Below are positions 39,401-52,014 of a stretch of DNA of 64,000 nt, one piece after another; the stretch's first letter is position 1, and the number at the start of each line of letters is the position of its first letter. Both the position numbers and the translations under genes were made by a program. Origin of the DNA: Bigelowiella natans CCMP2755. Its lineage: Eukaryota; Protista; Cercozoa. The notes under the pieces were generated by a model. That model was given only the letters and a program-made list of their open reading frames with translations. It did no database searches and was not told the origin of the DNA. Where the stretch lies: assembly GCA_000320545.1 (NCBI GenBank), contig ADNK01002140.1:124001-188000 (forward strand), in the 5' to 3' direction.

Positions 39401-41238
39401 TCACCGTGTGGAACTCAAATATTTTCCGAGTGCCTTCAATCCGAAAACAATACTTGCTTGTCTCCTTGCCTCGAAGACAAGTAAGGTAACATGACACTTC
39501 TCATCGTCCGTGAAATCGTACCCAAATACTTCATAGTCACTTCGTGTGATATCTTGAGGGTAGCAAGCACATTTCTTGATGAATTTCTTTACCTGCTTAT
39601 TGAGGTATTTATTTATTGAAGCGTAATCGTAGTCATCGTTCTCTATCCCATATAGACGGTGCACGTAGTACCATACTGCCCTTCGAAAAGGCCCCGTGTC
39701 TACATTTCCAGCACTGGTTAGCCGTTGATACGTTAAATTGTAGATCAGATCGAACTCGCTGTTAAGCATTGGTGCAAATCCTTGGTAGTATCTCGACATC
39801 AACCCGTATCCGTGAGAGCGCCAATCGTAATCCTGTCTTCGATGTAATTTTTCTGTCTTTATATTGAAATCAACGTAACGCTCAACATCCTTTCCAGTGA
39901 ATTCTGGATACTTGCTCGACGTGTCAGTGAGGTTGGTCAGGCAGCAAATATCAACTGAACTGGCTTTCTGTGCCGCCAGCTTCTTCTTCTCAACTATCTG
40001 TGGACGTTTTTCCTTAGTATCTAACAGCTTCAAGAGATTTTCTCTGTTCTTTTGTACCGTCTCCCTTGTTTGGTCGTCAAGCTTGTAGTCTTTCGATATT
40101 AATGTGGAGCGGGTTGGATTCTCCATATCTATCTCTGGAAGAAGACCCATCCCGTGCACCAAGCCGGTGAGTGAGAAAAATGTGGCAAAAATTGCAATAA
40201 TTTGGACAAGCTCGGCTACTGTCCAGCCATTTGATCCTTCCATCTGGCCGCCTATGTCCTCGGGAGTAAGTTTCCAAGGCCGGTGAGCCAACAGTTTTCC
40301 TAGTTTTAAGAGTCGTTGTATCTTTTGGGGTGCTTTATCAAGGCCCTCTAACCAAGAAGGTTCTCCTCTGTTGAAAGTAAATTCGCTCTCTTGAAGGGAG
40401 ACTAAGTACTGACAGTTGTGCAAACTACTCGCAATGATAGCAAGATAGTTCCGGATTGGTACCGATAATTCCCCCTCTTCCCTCATTAAAAACTCTGTTG
40501 TCATTGTGAAAGCTTCCAAATACAAAGGATGCCATCCTAAAACTTGATCAATATGACTTAACCTTCCCCGCGAGGCGAAAATGTCCTCGAACATTTGCCT
40601 TACCACTTCATCCTTCGGTGAAACGGGAACAAGAAGGTTTGATGGGACGAAACTAGATGCTTGGCTAGACGCCGGATTATCATTCTCATGTCTACGATAA
40701 AGACATACAGTAAGCGCGATTCATCTTAAACGAACTATAAGATGACCTTTTCAAGTAGTCCTGCATTAGCTCTCTTACTTCACTGAAAGGACACTGTAAA
40801 AGAATCACACATTGGATATTTGTTCAGTTACGTTGTCGTGTTTGTTGGGATCGTATGGATTACCTTGAATGCAAGACGTCGAACCGTTGGCAATAAAATA
40901 TCCGAATAATCCCCAGTTTTCAAAGGAAACAATATTTTGGCTGACTCCTCCTCCTCTTCCCTCGGAACCAAGTTCTCAAGGACAGAATAAACGCACGAGT
41001 GTAGTGCCTTCGCCCTGTCGATGATGATGACTAAATAAGAGCAATGTCTAAATTCCTATCCATATTGTTACCTTTTTTGTTCGCAAGAAATTGTCTGTTG
41101 GATACACTCCAGTATGGAACCAAAGTGCAAGTGGAAGAGTACATCACGCTTCTGATCCAGGCTCCTTAAGCTTTTCAGCTGGTCTTCTTTGGCGGGCATG
41201 CGCTTAAATCCACAGGTTTGGGGTCTCTTTGAGGTCAT
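39401..41238 (-). CDS. SESN: Sestrin (PA26 family)
   Basis: GWHPLYLEAF...EGELSVPIRNYLAIIASSLHNCQYLV, KLLAHRPWKLT, WTVAELVQIIAIFATF, DYDWRSHGY, FRRAVWYYVHRLYGIENDDYDY, EKCHVTLLVFEARRQA. Short 5' exons extend to ATG 41238. Confidence 0.9.
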
Positions 41239-41719
41239 CTTAACAAACTGCAACACCGGGGCGGTTTCTCAAGAGATTGATTATTGCTATGTTGTGGTGT
41301 AATGCTTCAGCTCTTGGAAAAGCCAAAGGGGTACCGCCCAGCAGGGGCGTTGCTCACAATATTTAAGATCGATTATTGATCTAAAATATCAAATAAACAC
41401 CTAGTAAATAGAGTAAATTACCCTATTTAATTGTCAATTTGTCTTACTTACGCATGTAATGCATATTTCCGGAATATGTAGGTTGTTTATTTAGCACTGA
41501 ATCATTATCTGACTTAATAATGATTGTTCCGATGACATTTGATGAACAAACAAGATTGTTCAAACAGAATGTATTGGAATATTAACCAAGAACTGTTGTC
41601 GCATAATTTAAATGGCATTAAACATGAAGTATTTTGTTAAAGCCGAATGTTGCGGAGCTTATTTTCTGGAAATTTCTCGTGGGAAAACAAGAAATTATTT
41701 GAGACACTCGAAATGATAG

Positions 41720-41720
<1 letters not shown>

Positions 41721-41782
<62 letters not shown>

Positions 41783-41783
41783 C
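41721..41783. repeat. (AAC)n microsatellite in the sestrin-D27 divergent intergenic region
   Basis: About 21 perfect AAC units. Confidence 0.9.
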
Positions 41784-42012
41784 TTAGTTCCTAGATCTAA
41801 TAACACAAAGCAACTGGTATCATACTAACTACCCTACCATGTGTGTGTGTGTCAATGATAGCTAGTAGGGGGATCCAAGAGACAGTAGGTGTCTAACTCA
41901 TCAAATGATGCCTATCTTGCCTAATACAATGTAGTTTATAACAGGAAGAAGCGGTAGGAAAGTCATCACGGAAAGAAGAGGGGTGGCACCCCTCTTACGC
42001 AGGTCGGAAACT

Positions 42013-43107
42013 ATGTTCCGGAAGGGGAAGCTTTCGCACAACAGAAATCGAAATCGAGCTACGACTTTGGCATTGATGGCAATAACGTTTCTTTTCTTTG
42101 GATCAATAATGTTGAAGGGAGACATAGCCTGGAATTTGATCTCGGGCAATTTATCGAAGCCTAGATCAAGCGTACGCGTGCTGCAGATGAAGCACAAACC
42201 ACTCTGTATGCCTCCACGTCGTTTAACCATTCAAGCTTCTCATACTGATAATTGTGAAACGGGCTCCTTTGAGCGCATCAAATATTCTATTTTTGGCCAA
42301 AGCGAAGCCGTTTTCCCAGAGGGTTGGAAACAGCAGGCTGCCAAGGTGCAGTATAGTGATTCGATTATCGACAGGCATCTACTTGGAGTTTTCATGGATC
42401 GGATGTCTACTGCAACGAAAACTTCTATACGAGGCCCTGTCAATTATGAAAATTTTGTTCGGCTATGCTTCGATTCGATAAAAGGGAAGAATGCCACTGC
42501 ACAGACACAGCAGTCCCTGGATGTGATGCAAAGTTTTCTCCCCCCGGGAGGCGAAAAGGTAGCCAACGTGTTCTTTTATTCGTTGCAGTATCACCACCAT
42601 TGGTCTCTCTACTTAGGCATTCCATTTTTTATTTCCGAAAGGGAAGGCCTCCTATGAAATAAATGCCAAAATTACTGAAATCGGGTTTTCTTGGTTGGTG
42701 GGACCTATTGCCATAGATACGACATCAGAGAACGATATTGGAATTCCAATGAAGACTAGCGTTAAGATCAAGAAATGCAGATGGTTACAAGAAAGCGCAT
42801 GCACAGGTCCATAGCTACAATGTGATCTCAAGTATCTATTTTAATTGGATTTTTATTAGGTATGTGCGTAAACTTGTGCAAGCGACCTACGCAGCAGTTC
42901 TTTTTGGAAACTTTTGGCCTACCATTGACCATAAAACCTAACTTTGAAGATAAAAGCTGCGAATTTTGTTTTGGACAAACCCCCCCACCTCAAGAGGAGG
43001 ATCCAGCATACAAGTTTCCATGCCATGTGTCATGTGAATCCGGACGCATAGATGAGAGTGGAGACAAGCCATGTTATAAACTTCCCTCTTCACATAAATT
43101 GGAATGA
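42013..43107 (+). CDS. D27: Beta-carotene isomerase D27-like protein (DUF4033) with a bipartite plastid-targeting leader
   Basis: WLVGP...VKIKKCRWLQESACTG|MCVNLCKRPTQQFF...GLPLTIKPNFEDKSCEFCFGQTPPPQEEDPA. The N-terminus has a hydrophobic stretch followed by an Arg/Ser-rich transit-like peptide. Confidence 0.88.
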
Positions 43108-43905
43108 TTATTATCACAATGTAAAGCTTCGAAATGTCGTCTCTTTGTGACACAGACATGTACACGCATGTGTCTGTTAGATGTGCACACGCGAAACATG
43201 TCAGATGCTCGCGGTGCAAAAGCAGTGCCTCACTACAAAACTAGAAAAGTAGGATGCATGCACGGACGCACACCGCATAGTCAGCATGCATGCACAGTCA
43301 CAGATGTACATGCACATCTAGACATGCCTAGATGGACATGTGTGTGCTAGCTCTAGCTAGCTATATAGCGTGGTCATGCATGTCATAGTCATGTCTAGAT
43401 GTGCGTTCTAGCGTAAAACAATGGTAATTACAATGGCCGGAATATAGGAAAGAGAAATGTAGTAATGGATCGATCACACGATGCTGCCATTTACAAGTCA
43501 CACGTAATAGACAGCCTACCTAGCCACGTGTGTGTACACGTACGTGCCTACGCATGCGTGCGGCACCTACAACTATAGACTTTGTCTATTGTTACACGAC
43601 GTACACCACTAGAAAATGCTAGTGCGCATGCAACACATCATACTGTCCTACGTCATGCCATACCATTATTGCACAACCGTTTACATGCAGGTGCACGTAC
43701 ATTCATCGTGACACATCTTTTTAACTAGATAACAACTAGGCGTCTAGTGCTCGTGCGCCCCTGGCACTGTGTGTTGTTCCCGATCATTTCCTAGTCGTTA
43801 CACAAACAACACCTGACTCGACATGCCTAGAAATATACGCCCACCGCTTGGAATTTATGCCAACGAATTTTGAAAATAGAGTTCACAGTCAAAATCATTT
43901 TTGCT

Positions 43906-45523
43906 TCATTGTTGAGGCTCGTTTCTGACTAACTTCTTTCTATCCTCTTTCTCCATCTCTACGGTTTTGGCCATGAAGTCCAAAAACTCTAGAGCTGTCG
44001 TTGATTGGGATCTCACGAATACTGCATGACATTTGAAAGGTAGTTTTCGTAAAGTTCTTCCACTAAACCCGTCTGTCTGGTGAGCTAAAGACTCAATCTT
44101 TGATGTCAGTGAATCCTTTCCATGACTTTCAGCCTTCTTCATCTCATTGTCTCCCCAAAGCGTTGAATTATCCTTCGCATCCTGTAGGATTCCCTTCCGA
44201 ATAAGTTCGCCAGTACAGGATCTGATTATTTCATACCGAGCCCGCAGTCCCGGAAGGCCGATGTACTGCTTTATATCAGCCCGATCTATAAATGCCAAAT
44301 CGATAGCCTCCGTGATGTTTGATGTTGCAAGAATGATGACATTTTCCTATTGTGAATAAAGTTAGCTTCTGTTTCCGGTTTTAAAGCAGGAACTTACATA
44401 TATTTTGAGCTTGTCCAGCTGGGTAAGCAATGCATTAACAGCTCTGATGGCATCGGAGGGATCTCCGGAACCACCCTGTCTGTTGGCGGCAAGACTTTCT
44501 ACTTCATCAATGAGAACACACACGAGAGAATCTTTGTCTTCTACAAGGTCATGGATTTTCTCGAACAATTTCATAACAAGCTTTCCACTCTCAGAAAACC
44601 ATTTTGAAAATAGACTATGTGCGTTTATTTCCAACAGCATCGAGTTGGAATATCTGCCTGATAGCCGTATTGATAATTTCTGAGCCAACGCTAAAAAAAG
44701 GAAACAACACTCAGAGTACAACTAAGAATGTAATGGAAATAGTACCCTTGCATAATGTTGTTTTCCCCGTTCCTGGAGGTCCGTACAGGAGGACCACTCG
44801 GTTGCAGCTTATTATGCTAGGATTCACTTTTTTATCCGCAAATAACATAGATGTATACGAAAATCGAAGCAAGCGTTCCTTCACGGACTTTTCCAGTATA
44901 AGATTATCCCAGTAGTTATCAAAATCTCTCGCTGGCAGGCTCCAGGTTTCGCAGGCTGTGACATCGTCCTCGCCATCACCCTCCATTTCTTCGGATCCCA
45001 CCTCCTCCGCAAGTCGATACACATGAATAATCACTTTGGCTTCCCAAACAGGGACTGTGTGTTTGGACTCTGGAAGATACACTTGAATCTTTTCAACATG
45101 CTGCTTGAGAGTCATATCCTTCGAAAAATCTATGGGTCCGTTCTTGAAAATCGCTACATACTTCTTTATGTGCTGTTCCAAGTAAGCTATCATAAATAAG
45201 AATAAAAAGAAGAGAGTATGGAATTGAACATGACGAGGAAGAGGACTAAGGTTCAGTACCTGTCACTTGATTCCGTTTAGCACTACTTGTTGGTCTAAGA
45301 GCCACCTCCACTGATAATTCGACAGGTCCAAATCAGAATCTCTTTGGGATTCCATGGTTCATCGCTCTACGTCTATCACTACTACTCCAGGTATATCTTC
45401 TATTCAACACTTATTACTCTAACCCTCTTTTATCCTACATATAATTTAACCTTCGACTGTTGGATGAGTACTTCGGGGGTGCTTGGAAGAGGGCGAAGAC
45501 GTCGTAGAGCTGGAAGTCTCCAT
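43906..45523 (-). CDS. TRIP13: Pachytene checkpoint AAA+ ATPase PCH2/TRIP13
   Basis: Five exons (45451-45523, 45260-45310, 44746-45186, 44398-44690, 43906-44346). Motifs [79 protein letters not shown]. Confidence 0.95.
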
Positions 45524-45675
45524 TTTTTAGCACGGTTGTGAAATTCTTCCTTCGGGTCGATGAAAGAATGTTGAACAAACTCATGCTGTTTCTTCATTAC
45601 GACATAATCAAACGGAGAGAAACCAATATCGAAGATGCCAAAGACACTCCCGCCAAAACTCCATCATCATCATCT

Positions 45676-45763
45676 CATCACGATCTGGAAACTCCTAACA
45701 TCACGATCTGGAAACTCCTAACATCACGAGCTGGAAACTCCTAACATCACGAGCTGGAAACTC
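45676..45763. repeat. 23-bp tandem minisatellite, about 3.8 copies
   Basis: CATCACGA(T/G)CTGGAAACTCCTAA repeated between the divergent TRIP13 and MKKS starts. Confidence 0.9.
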
Positions 45764-45999
45764 GAGGAAACCCCAACATACATCCCCACGTTATGAGATT
45801 ATGAGCAATCATGAGCACTACAGCAGAATGACCACCCCGTTCATCACTACGTACTTGCACATACTCATGTAGTAGTAGTAGCACTAGTGGTAGAAGTAGC
45901 TTTAGTAAAAAGGGGGTTGCTGCATAACAGCGAAACAGATGCCATTCGAAGACATAAATCTCTCGATGATTGCGAGTTAAATGGACGATTCGAGATTGG

Positions 46000-47457
46000 A
46001 TGGACAAGAAAAGCACGGACACACAGGGAAAAACACAACATGTGTTTACCACACCGAGCCGAGTGCCTGTTATTTTCCGTCTAGACGTTATCAAAGGCTT
46101 GGCGATTAGTGCGATGGGTCCCGATGGAACACCAAAGATCATTCGCATGCACAAGGATAGCGACTCCGTGCGCGTGACAACGAGCTCACAACGCATCTTT
46201 AAGAATCTTCCTGTTCGGTGTGCAATCACCAATCTTGCAATTTCAATGGCACTTTCACATAAACGTTTTCATGGCGATGCAGGGCTGTTTGTTCTGAGTA
46301 TATCCTGTGGTCTCATGAAATCAGCTGTTGGTTCAAGCCTCCCAATCCGTGCAATTCTGGAAGGGCTGAGAAAGGCACTTAGAACGTCGATATTGTATTT
46401 GCGCAGTGATAACTGTCCAGTTGCGCGACCTGTTAAGTGGAAAGATCCAAGAATTCCGGTAGGCATTGTAGTCGGGTGCATATCGCCTAAGATGTCCTCG
46501 TCTCCCAGCTGTGCTGTCGAACACCTGGCAAAACTCGTTGCAAGGGCTTTCCTGTTGACATTCAAAAATCAAGCTCGCACCGGGCCTCAGAATACTGTGC
46601 GAATACACCCCGTAATAGATCATTGCCGACCTCTAATTGGAGAGGAATGTATGAATGAACCAGATGATGAGGAAAATTTCAGTTCGGGAAGGAAACTTAA
46701 TGAGATTTCAGTTCCTATTTTGCGCTCCACGTTGATTCGAGCAACAGTGTTGGACATTCCCCTTCCTCCAGGAGTCCCCATCGCAATCAAATCTCGCTTG
46801 AACATATTGATCTATAATGTTAATCTGACTTTTGAGTTCGAAGATTTGGTTGGAAAAGGTGTTAAGGTAGAGAAAGACATTGCTGATAACAACCTTATCG
46901 GAGACTCATGGAGTGCCACAGACGTTCAAATATCCCTCATGAACGAAATATTTGAAGCGTGGGTGAAGTTAGATGTGAAAATAGTTGCATGCCAAAAGCT
47001 TATTCATCCTTACCTCGGATCCAAGCTCATTGAGCACGGTATGATTCCTCTACCCCGGCTCTCCATACGCCATATAGACGCTGTTCGTCTCTGTACTGGA
47101 GCGGTACCATGCTCTTCAACTGCTATTATCGGTGATGATATAAAGTCAAGTATTGGGGTTCTTGAAGGATATGAGCAATATTCTCTTGGAAACAAAAGGT
47201 ATCTCCTCATGCATCCAGGGAGAAGTAAGAACCACACAGACACGAAATCGGAAGCGGAGCACCAAGGCGACGCCTACGCTATCATGATACGAGTTAGAGA
47301 CGAGGAACACGGAGCTGAAGTTGTATCCGCATGTAGAAATGCTATGGCGGCGCTACGTGCTACCATTCGGTATTTTAGACCAAACACCATGAAAATTCAG
47401 AACAGTAATCCGTATTCTTATCGTCGTCGTCTTCGTCTACTTCATCATCATCATCTT

Positions 47458-47492
<35 letters not shown>

Positions 47493-47969
47493 TCTTCCAG
47501 ACAACCGAGAGTTTTAGCTGGGGCAGGTGCAACAGAAGCAATTTTGGCAAGTCATCTTCTCAATTTAGCTCGTATTTCCAAAAAGGACAGACCATATTGC
47601 TTTGCTCTTAAGATTCTTGCGTCCCAACTCTGCATTTGCGCCCGCACGGTCAATCGAAACCATGGTCACAGGCCTCAAATTCTCGGTAGTATCGAGAAAG
47701 AAATCGTGGATATCTTCGATTTGAGTTCAACAGAACTTCGGCGTTGGAAACTCGCGGTGGAAGGGAAGGAGTCTGCCGACACCCCAAGCCCATCGCGCAT
47801 TCAAACACAGACGGCGCCGATAGATACATATAGCATAAAACTTTCTGCAATCGAAACTGCAGTTGGAATAGCCAGCACATTATTAAGGATTGGAAACGTT
47901 GTCCACAAGAACGAGGAGGTAGATGCTACCATCGAGGAGGACGAAGAGCCCATTGTTGTCTCGGCCTGA
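46000..47969 (+). CDS. MKKS: Chaperonin-like BBS protein MKKS/BBS6
   Basis: SAMGPDG...VTTSS...HGDAGLF and VKIVACQKLIHPYL...GMIPLPRL match MKKS blocks. One intron at 47370-47500 gives LRATIR|QPRVLAGAGATE; the protein ends KLSAIETAVGIASTLLRI. Confidence 0.8.
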
Positions 47970-49034
47970 ACTAGCTGAAATTGGGAATAGCTATATCATG
48001 TCTAGAAAATTATGAAAAGTAGGTCTGAAAATACGAATTCGGTTCAGTCCACACTGTCTAGCTAGCTGCGGCTTGTTTTGTACGATGCTAGCGATGCTGT
48101 GCAAGCTGTGCATGCTAGCATGCCTTATTCTACATATTATATTTGTGGCAAATCCGAAGAACCATTCATTCTAGCTATCTAGCTATGCTAGCTACCTAGA
48201 TATGTTGCACGACACAATATCGCGATCGGTCCGTACGTAATTCCGTATGTACCCTACACTAGATACCTGTCACGCGCTACACATCGTAGTGCGCATGCAC
48301 TGCATAATAATCGCGCCGCTCTAGCGCTATATAGCTGGAGCTAGCTAGCTAGCTCTAGAGCTGAACGGATGTGTATATGTGCATGTGCTTCGCGGCATAG
48401 CGTACGCGTATCAACGCACTAGCATTAGCTAGTTAGAGCCAGCCGCGTAATGCCCAACTCTAAAACTATGTTTCTTGAAAAAATATTTATTAATAAAGTA
48501 CAATGTACATCAATCTTCGTGTGCAACCAACCTCGTACGTTACATGCAGATAAATTACCTTGACGAATGACGGTAATTTGTATTTTGACGCTACATTGCG
48601 AGAAGCAGACTTTAAAATATTCCAGGACAGAAGAAAACTAGTTATTTACTAATCTGCTAATTTTTCTTTTCTTTTTTCTGGAACTTGACTAAATGAGAAT
48701 ATCTGACGAGATTCCTGTACTCTCTGAGGTACCCTTTTGCTCACATACCATCTGTGCATAACTTACACGATGTTTATCAAAGAAAGACGCATTGGTGCAT
48801 AGAATATATGAAAGACGTTGATTTTAACTTTGTTTAGGTACACTTGTACGAACACGAATAAATTCTCTTAACCATCCCAGTTAACCAATGTGATGTGAAT
48901 TGAAGTAATTTCTTAAAAGGAATGAAACATCTTATTTGTAGAGATCACCTCTAATATTGCCAAAATATTGAGGGATTGACCAAGAAATGCTATACTTCAT
49001 GTGTGAAAACTTTCTGAGGGTTGTCAATCATCAA

Positions 49035-50576
49035 TTATTGAGTGACGGAAGTCCAGTCTGTGAACTCTTGCAGAACTTCAGTTACATCTGAAATCATTTC
49101 CATCTCCATTTCAGCATGCTCTGATTTGATCATGGATATACATGGGGAAAGTCTGTAGCTTGAAAAGAGTAGAGAGGGTTCCAGACGTGGAGATGGGAAC
49201 GTGGCTTTATCATCATTGTGATGGTGAAATCTGTTATGGAGAGAGATAGAGTTTTCATCCTCAGGGCTTCCGAGGCTGCTATAATTGCTGCTTGGAATAC
49301 TGTTGTCACTAGTATTATCACTGGTATCTCCCGCAGTAGCAGCATCGTCACCGCTTCGTGGTTCTTCGATAATTTCCTGGATTTCCTTTTCCACATCTAC
49401 GTCCTCGTCATCCCGACCCCGCATTTCGACCACCTCCCGTTCAATTTCTTCCAATTCTTCTTCATGTTCCTCGACATCGGAGCTTTCTCCCGTCTTCTGC
49501 TTTGCTTCATTCATCCCAATTGTGCTTCGTCTTTCCCTACTTCTTCCTCCTCTTGTTTTTCTTCCTTCAATATTTCGAACATTTTTCATGCTCTTAGAAG
49601 GCTGCTGAGGTTTAGGTTTCAACTGGCTGGACTGGTAGCATGTGCGGAGAGCATCAACATACGCGCTGTGTTCTTGAGCATATCGTTTCTTATCACGATC
49701 AGCCATCGCCTGATAGACAACCCTTTCCTGCTTGGTCAAGGCTTTCCATCTCTTTCCGATCACACGAGCAACTTTCTCATTGTGGGTGACTCGGTCCTGT
49801 CAGTATGATCATTGTATAAGTTTTGGGGAGAATACAAGGGATAAATTCAGACATCACCTTAGGACCATCGATGACAGGATTCAATTCTTCCCAAAGTTCC
49901 TCGCGAATTGCTAGTTGGAAGTAATTGTAAGCGGTTTTAGGCCTTTTAGGCTTCTTCGCAGAACGGTAGAGCGATCCTTTTTGATGACGCTTGTTTCCAG
50001 AAACACGTTGACGCTTAGCTGCCGGTGCTTTCGAAGAAAAGGGAGATAAATCTGCGCCAACCTTGGGAACAGTTTTCGCAAAGCAAGCTCTTCCAGCAGC
50101 CGTGGTCTTCGAAGCTAACGCAGCTTTGGCAGCTGCTTTCGCCGCCTTTGTGGCAGCTGCTTTTGCTGCAGCTGCAGCTCGAGCACGTGCGCGTGCTATT
50201 TCCACTTCCCGCTCGCCAGGTTGTTCACGGGATACTAACAATATGGTTTTTAATTAGGAAAGGAACCACGAGTAATATAAAGCTCATAGTATACGGTGCT
50301 GAATATAATTTGATTTGTACCTATTTTGCGTTTACGTTTTGAAGTTCTCACTGGAACTACTTTGGCAATTTGATCCCTCGCCACCTTTCTCTTTTTACTT
50401 CTGGTTTTACTTCCAGCATTTGTTTTACTGGATTCAGAGGATGCATGAAGCAACGATAACTTTGTGTTTTCGAAATTATCTCCTGCGCTTGAGATAAGAC
50501 CGTTTTCTTCCACCGTTGTATTCTGGGCCGTCAGCAAGCTGTCTTTCCGGTCAATATTGTTGTGGAGCATGTACAT
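49035..50576 (-). CDS. HMG-box protein
   Basis: KPKRPKTAYNYFQLAIREEL...GPK|DRVTHNEKVARVIGKRWKALTKQERVVYQAMADRDKKRYAQE is a canonical HMG box. At least two introns. Confidence 0.85.
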
Positions 50577-52014
50577 GATGAATCCTCAAAATATTCAAGA
50601 GATCCTTATTGGTTCTTCGTGAACAGTTGTGGTGTGAAAAACTATGGTGAGTTATTCCACACTGCTTGTCACAAAACTCAGTTATTACTTATGACAATGC
50701 TCTTAGGGGAGATTCACACCCCTTTATGTTCGTGTGGAGAGCTCGAGACCCTTGCTATTTGCCTCGTTCAGAAACAGTTATTACGGACCGGTGCGCGGAT
50801 TCTCCGGTTTGTTGGTTGGTTGTGTTTTACACGGCGGCCTCCGGAATAGGAATCGCTTGCTTTTTGTACTACCAACCAGCACAGTCGTAAAGTAGTAAGA
50901 CTCACTTTGTCCTTCGAACGCTGCTCAGCTTTCGGTAAACTAGTTCTTAAGATTGGGGCAATGAAGCCTACCGTTGGCGCAATACTACCCTACTTGCTTG
51001 GAAATATACCTCATTAGGCTAAAATTCCCCTCCATTTGTTAGAGAAATAATGTCCTTGTTTAGGTATATATTGGAGCTACAATACACAAAAGTATGTGGA
51101 ATATTTGAAGAAATATTATCATTTTGGTGATAATCAAAACAAAATAGCATGATTTAGACACCAATTGAAATTTTAGAGAGCACATCTTTTATCTTGTAAA
51201 ATATTCTTAAATCTCTCTCATACTTAATTATTGCAGACTGAAAGAGCAACATCGACAAAATGAAGGATACTTTAAAGTGGAAAAACTAAGGCATATCCCA
51301 GAATCATTGATTTCGCCATATTAAAACATGCAGCCAGTGCATCGGATAACATGACTTCACAGATCAAAAGAACACAAGAAACTAATATCTACTTCCTCTC
51401 TCTTATGTAATATTCCCCAAAGTTTTATAATACGAATTTTGTATTGCATAGGCATATTTTATTGTTCTCATCTTTGTTGTATATTCTCTTTATTGTTAGC
51501 AAACTTGGAGAACCCCTCTTTCCGATTCAGACTTTACTACCCAATAACAAATTTAGATTATATTCAAAAATGGACTACAAACAAAATAGGCGACATCAAC
51601 AAAATGAATATGCTGTTAGTAGTTGCACTTCATTCATGTCGCGGGTTGCAGCAAAAAAGAATTAGGCCCGTTTGATTGTATTTTTTAAGTTTCATTGCTA
51701 AAAAATGGAATTAGTCATAAGAATGGCATTCTTTTTGTATTTATATCAATAATACCGGCGCTATCGGTGTCTTTATGTACTTCTTAAAACTTCCTCGCTC
51801 TTTGAATATCCGATAGTTTCAATATTCTCGGTGGTTCCGCAAATTAAAAAGTCCCTTTTTCAGAATGGCCGATGCTTTCAATAATTTTCGCCGAGGGAAG
51901 ATTTCAGGATGGATTAGCCTACTTTTTCATCAAAATTGTTAACATGCGAAATGTTATTTCTTTGCTCTTTGGTGAAAGTCGGCTCGGCTTTTAGGCGAGA
52001 TAGGATTTGAGTAC

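Noticed and set aside
11280-43107. LANCL/GCR2 and D27 as a plant-hormone (ABA/strigolactone) cluster
   Set aside because: They are about 29 kb apart with unrelated genes between them, both families are widespread, and GCR2 as an ABA receptor is disputed.
45676-45763. CRISPR-like array
   Set aside because: Units are directly adjacent with no spacers, the context is eukaryotic, and no cas genes are present.
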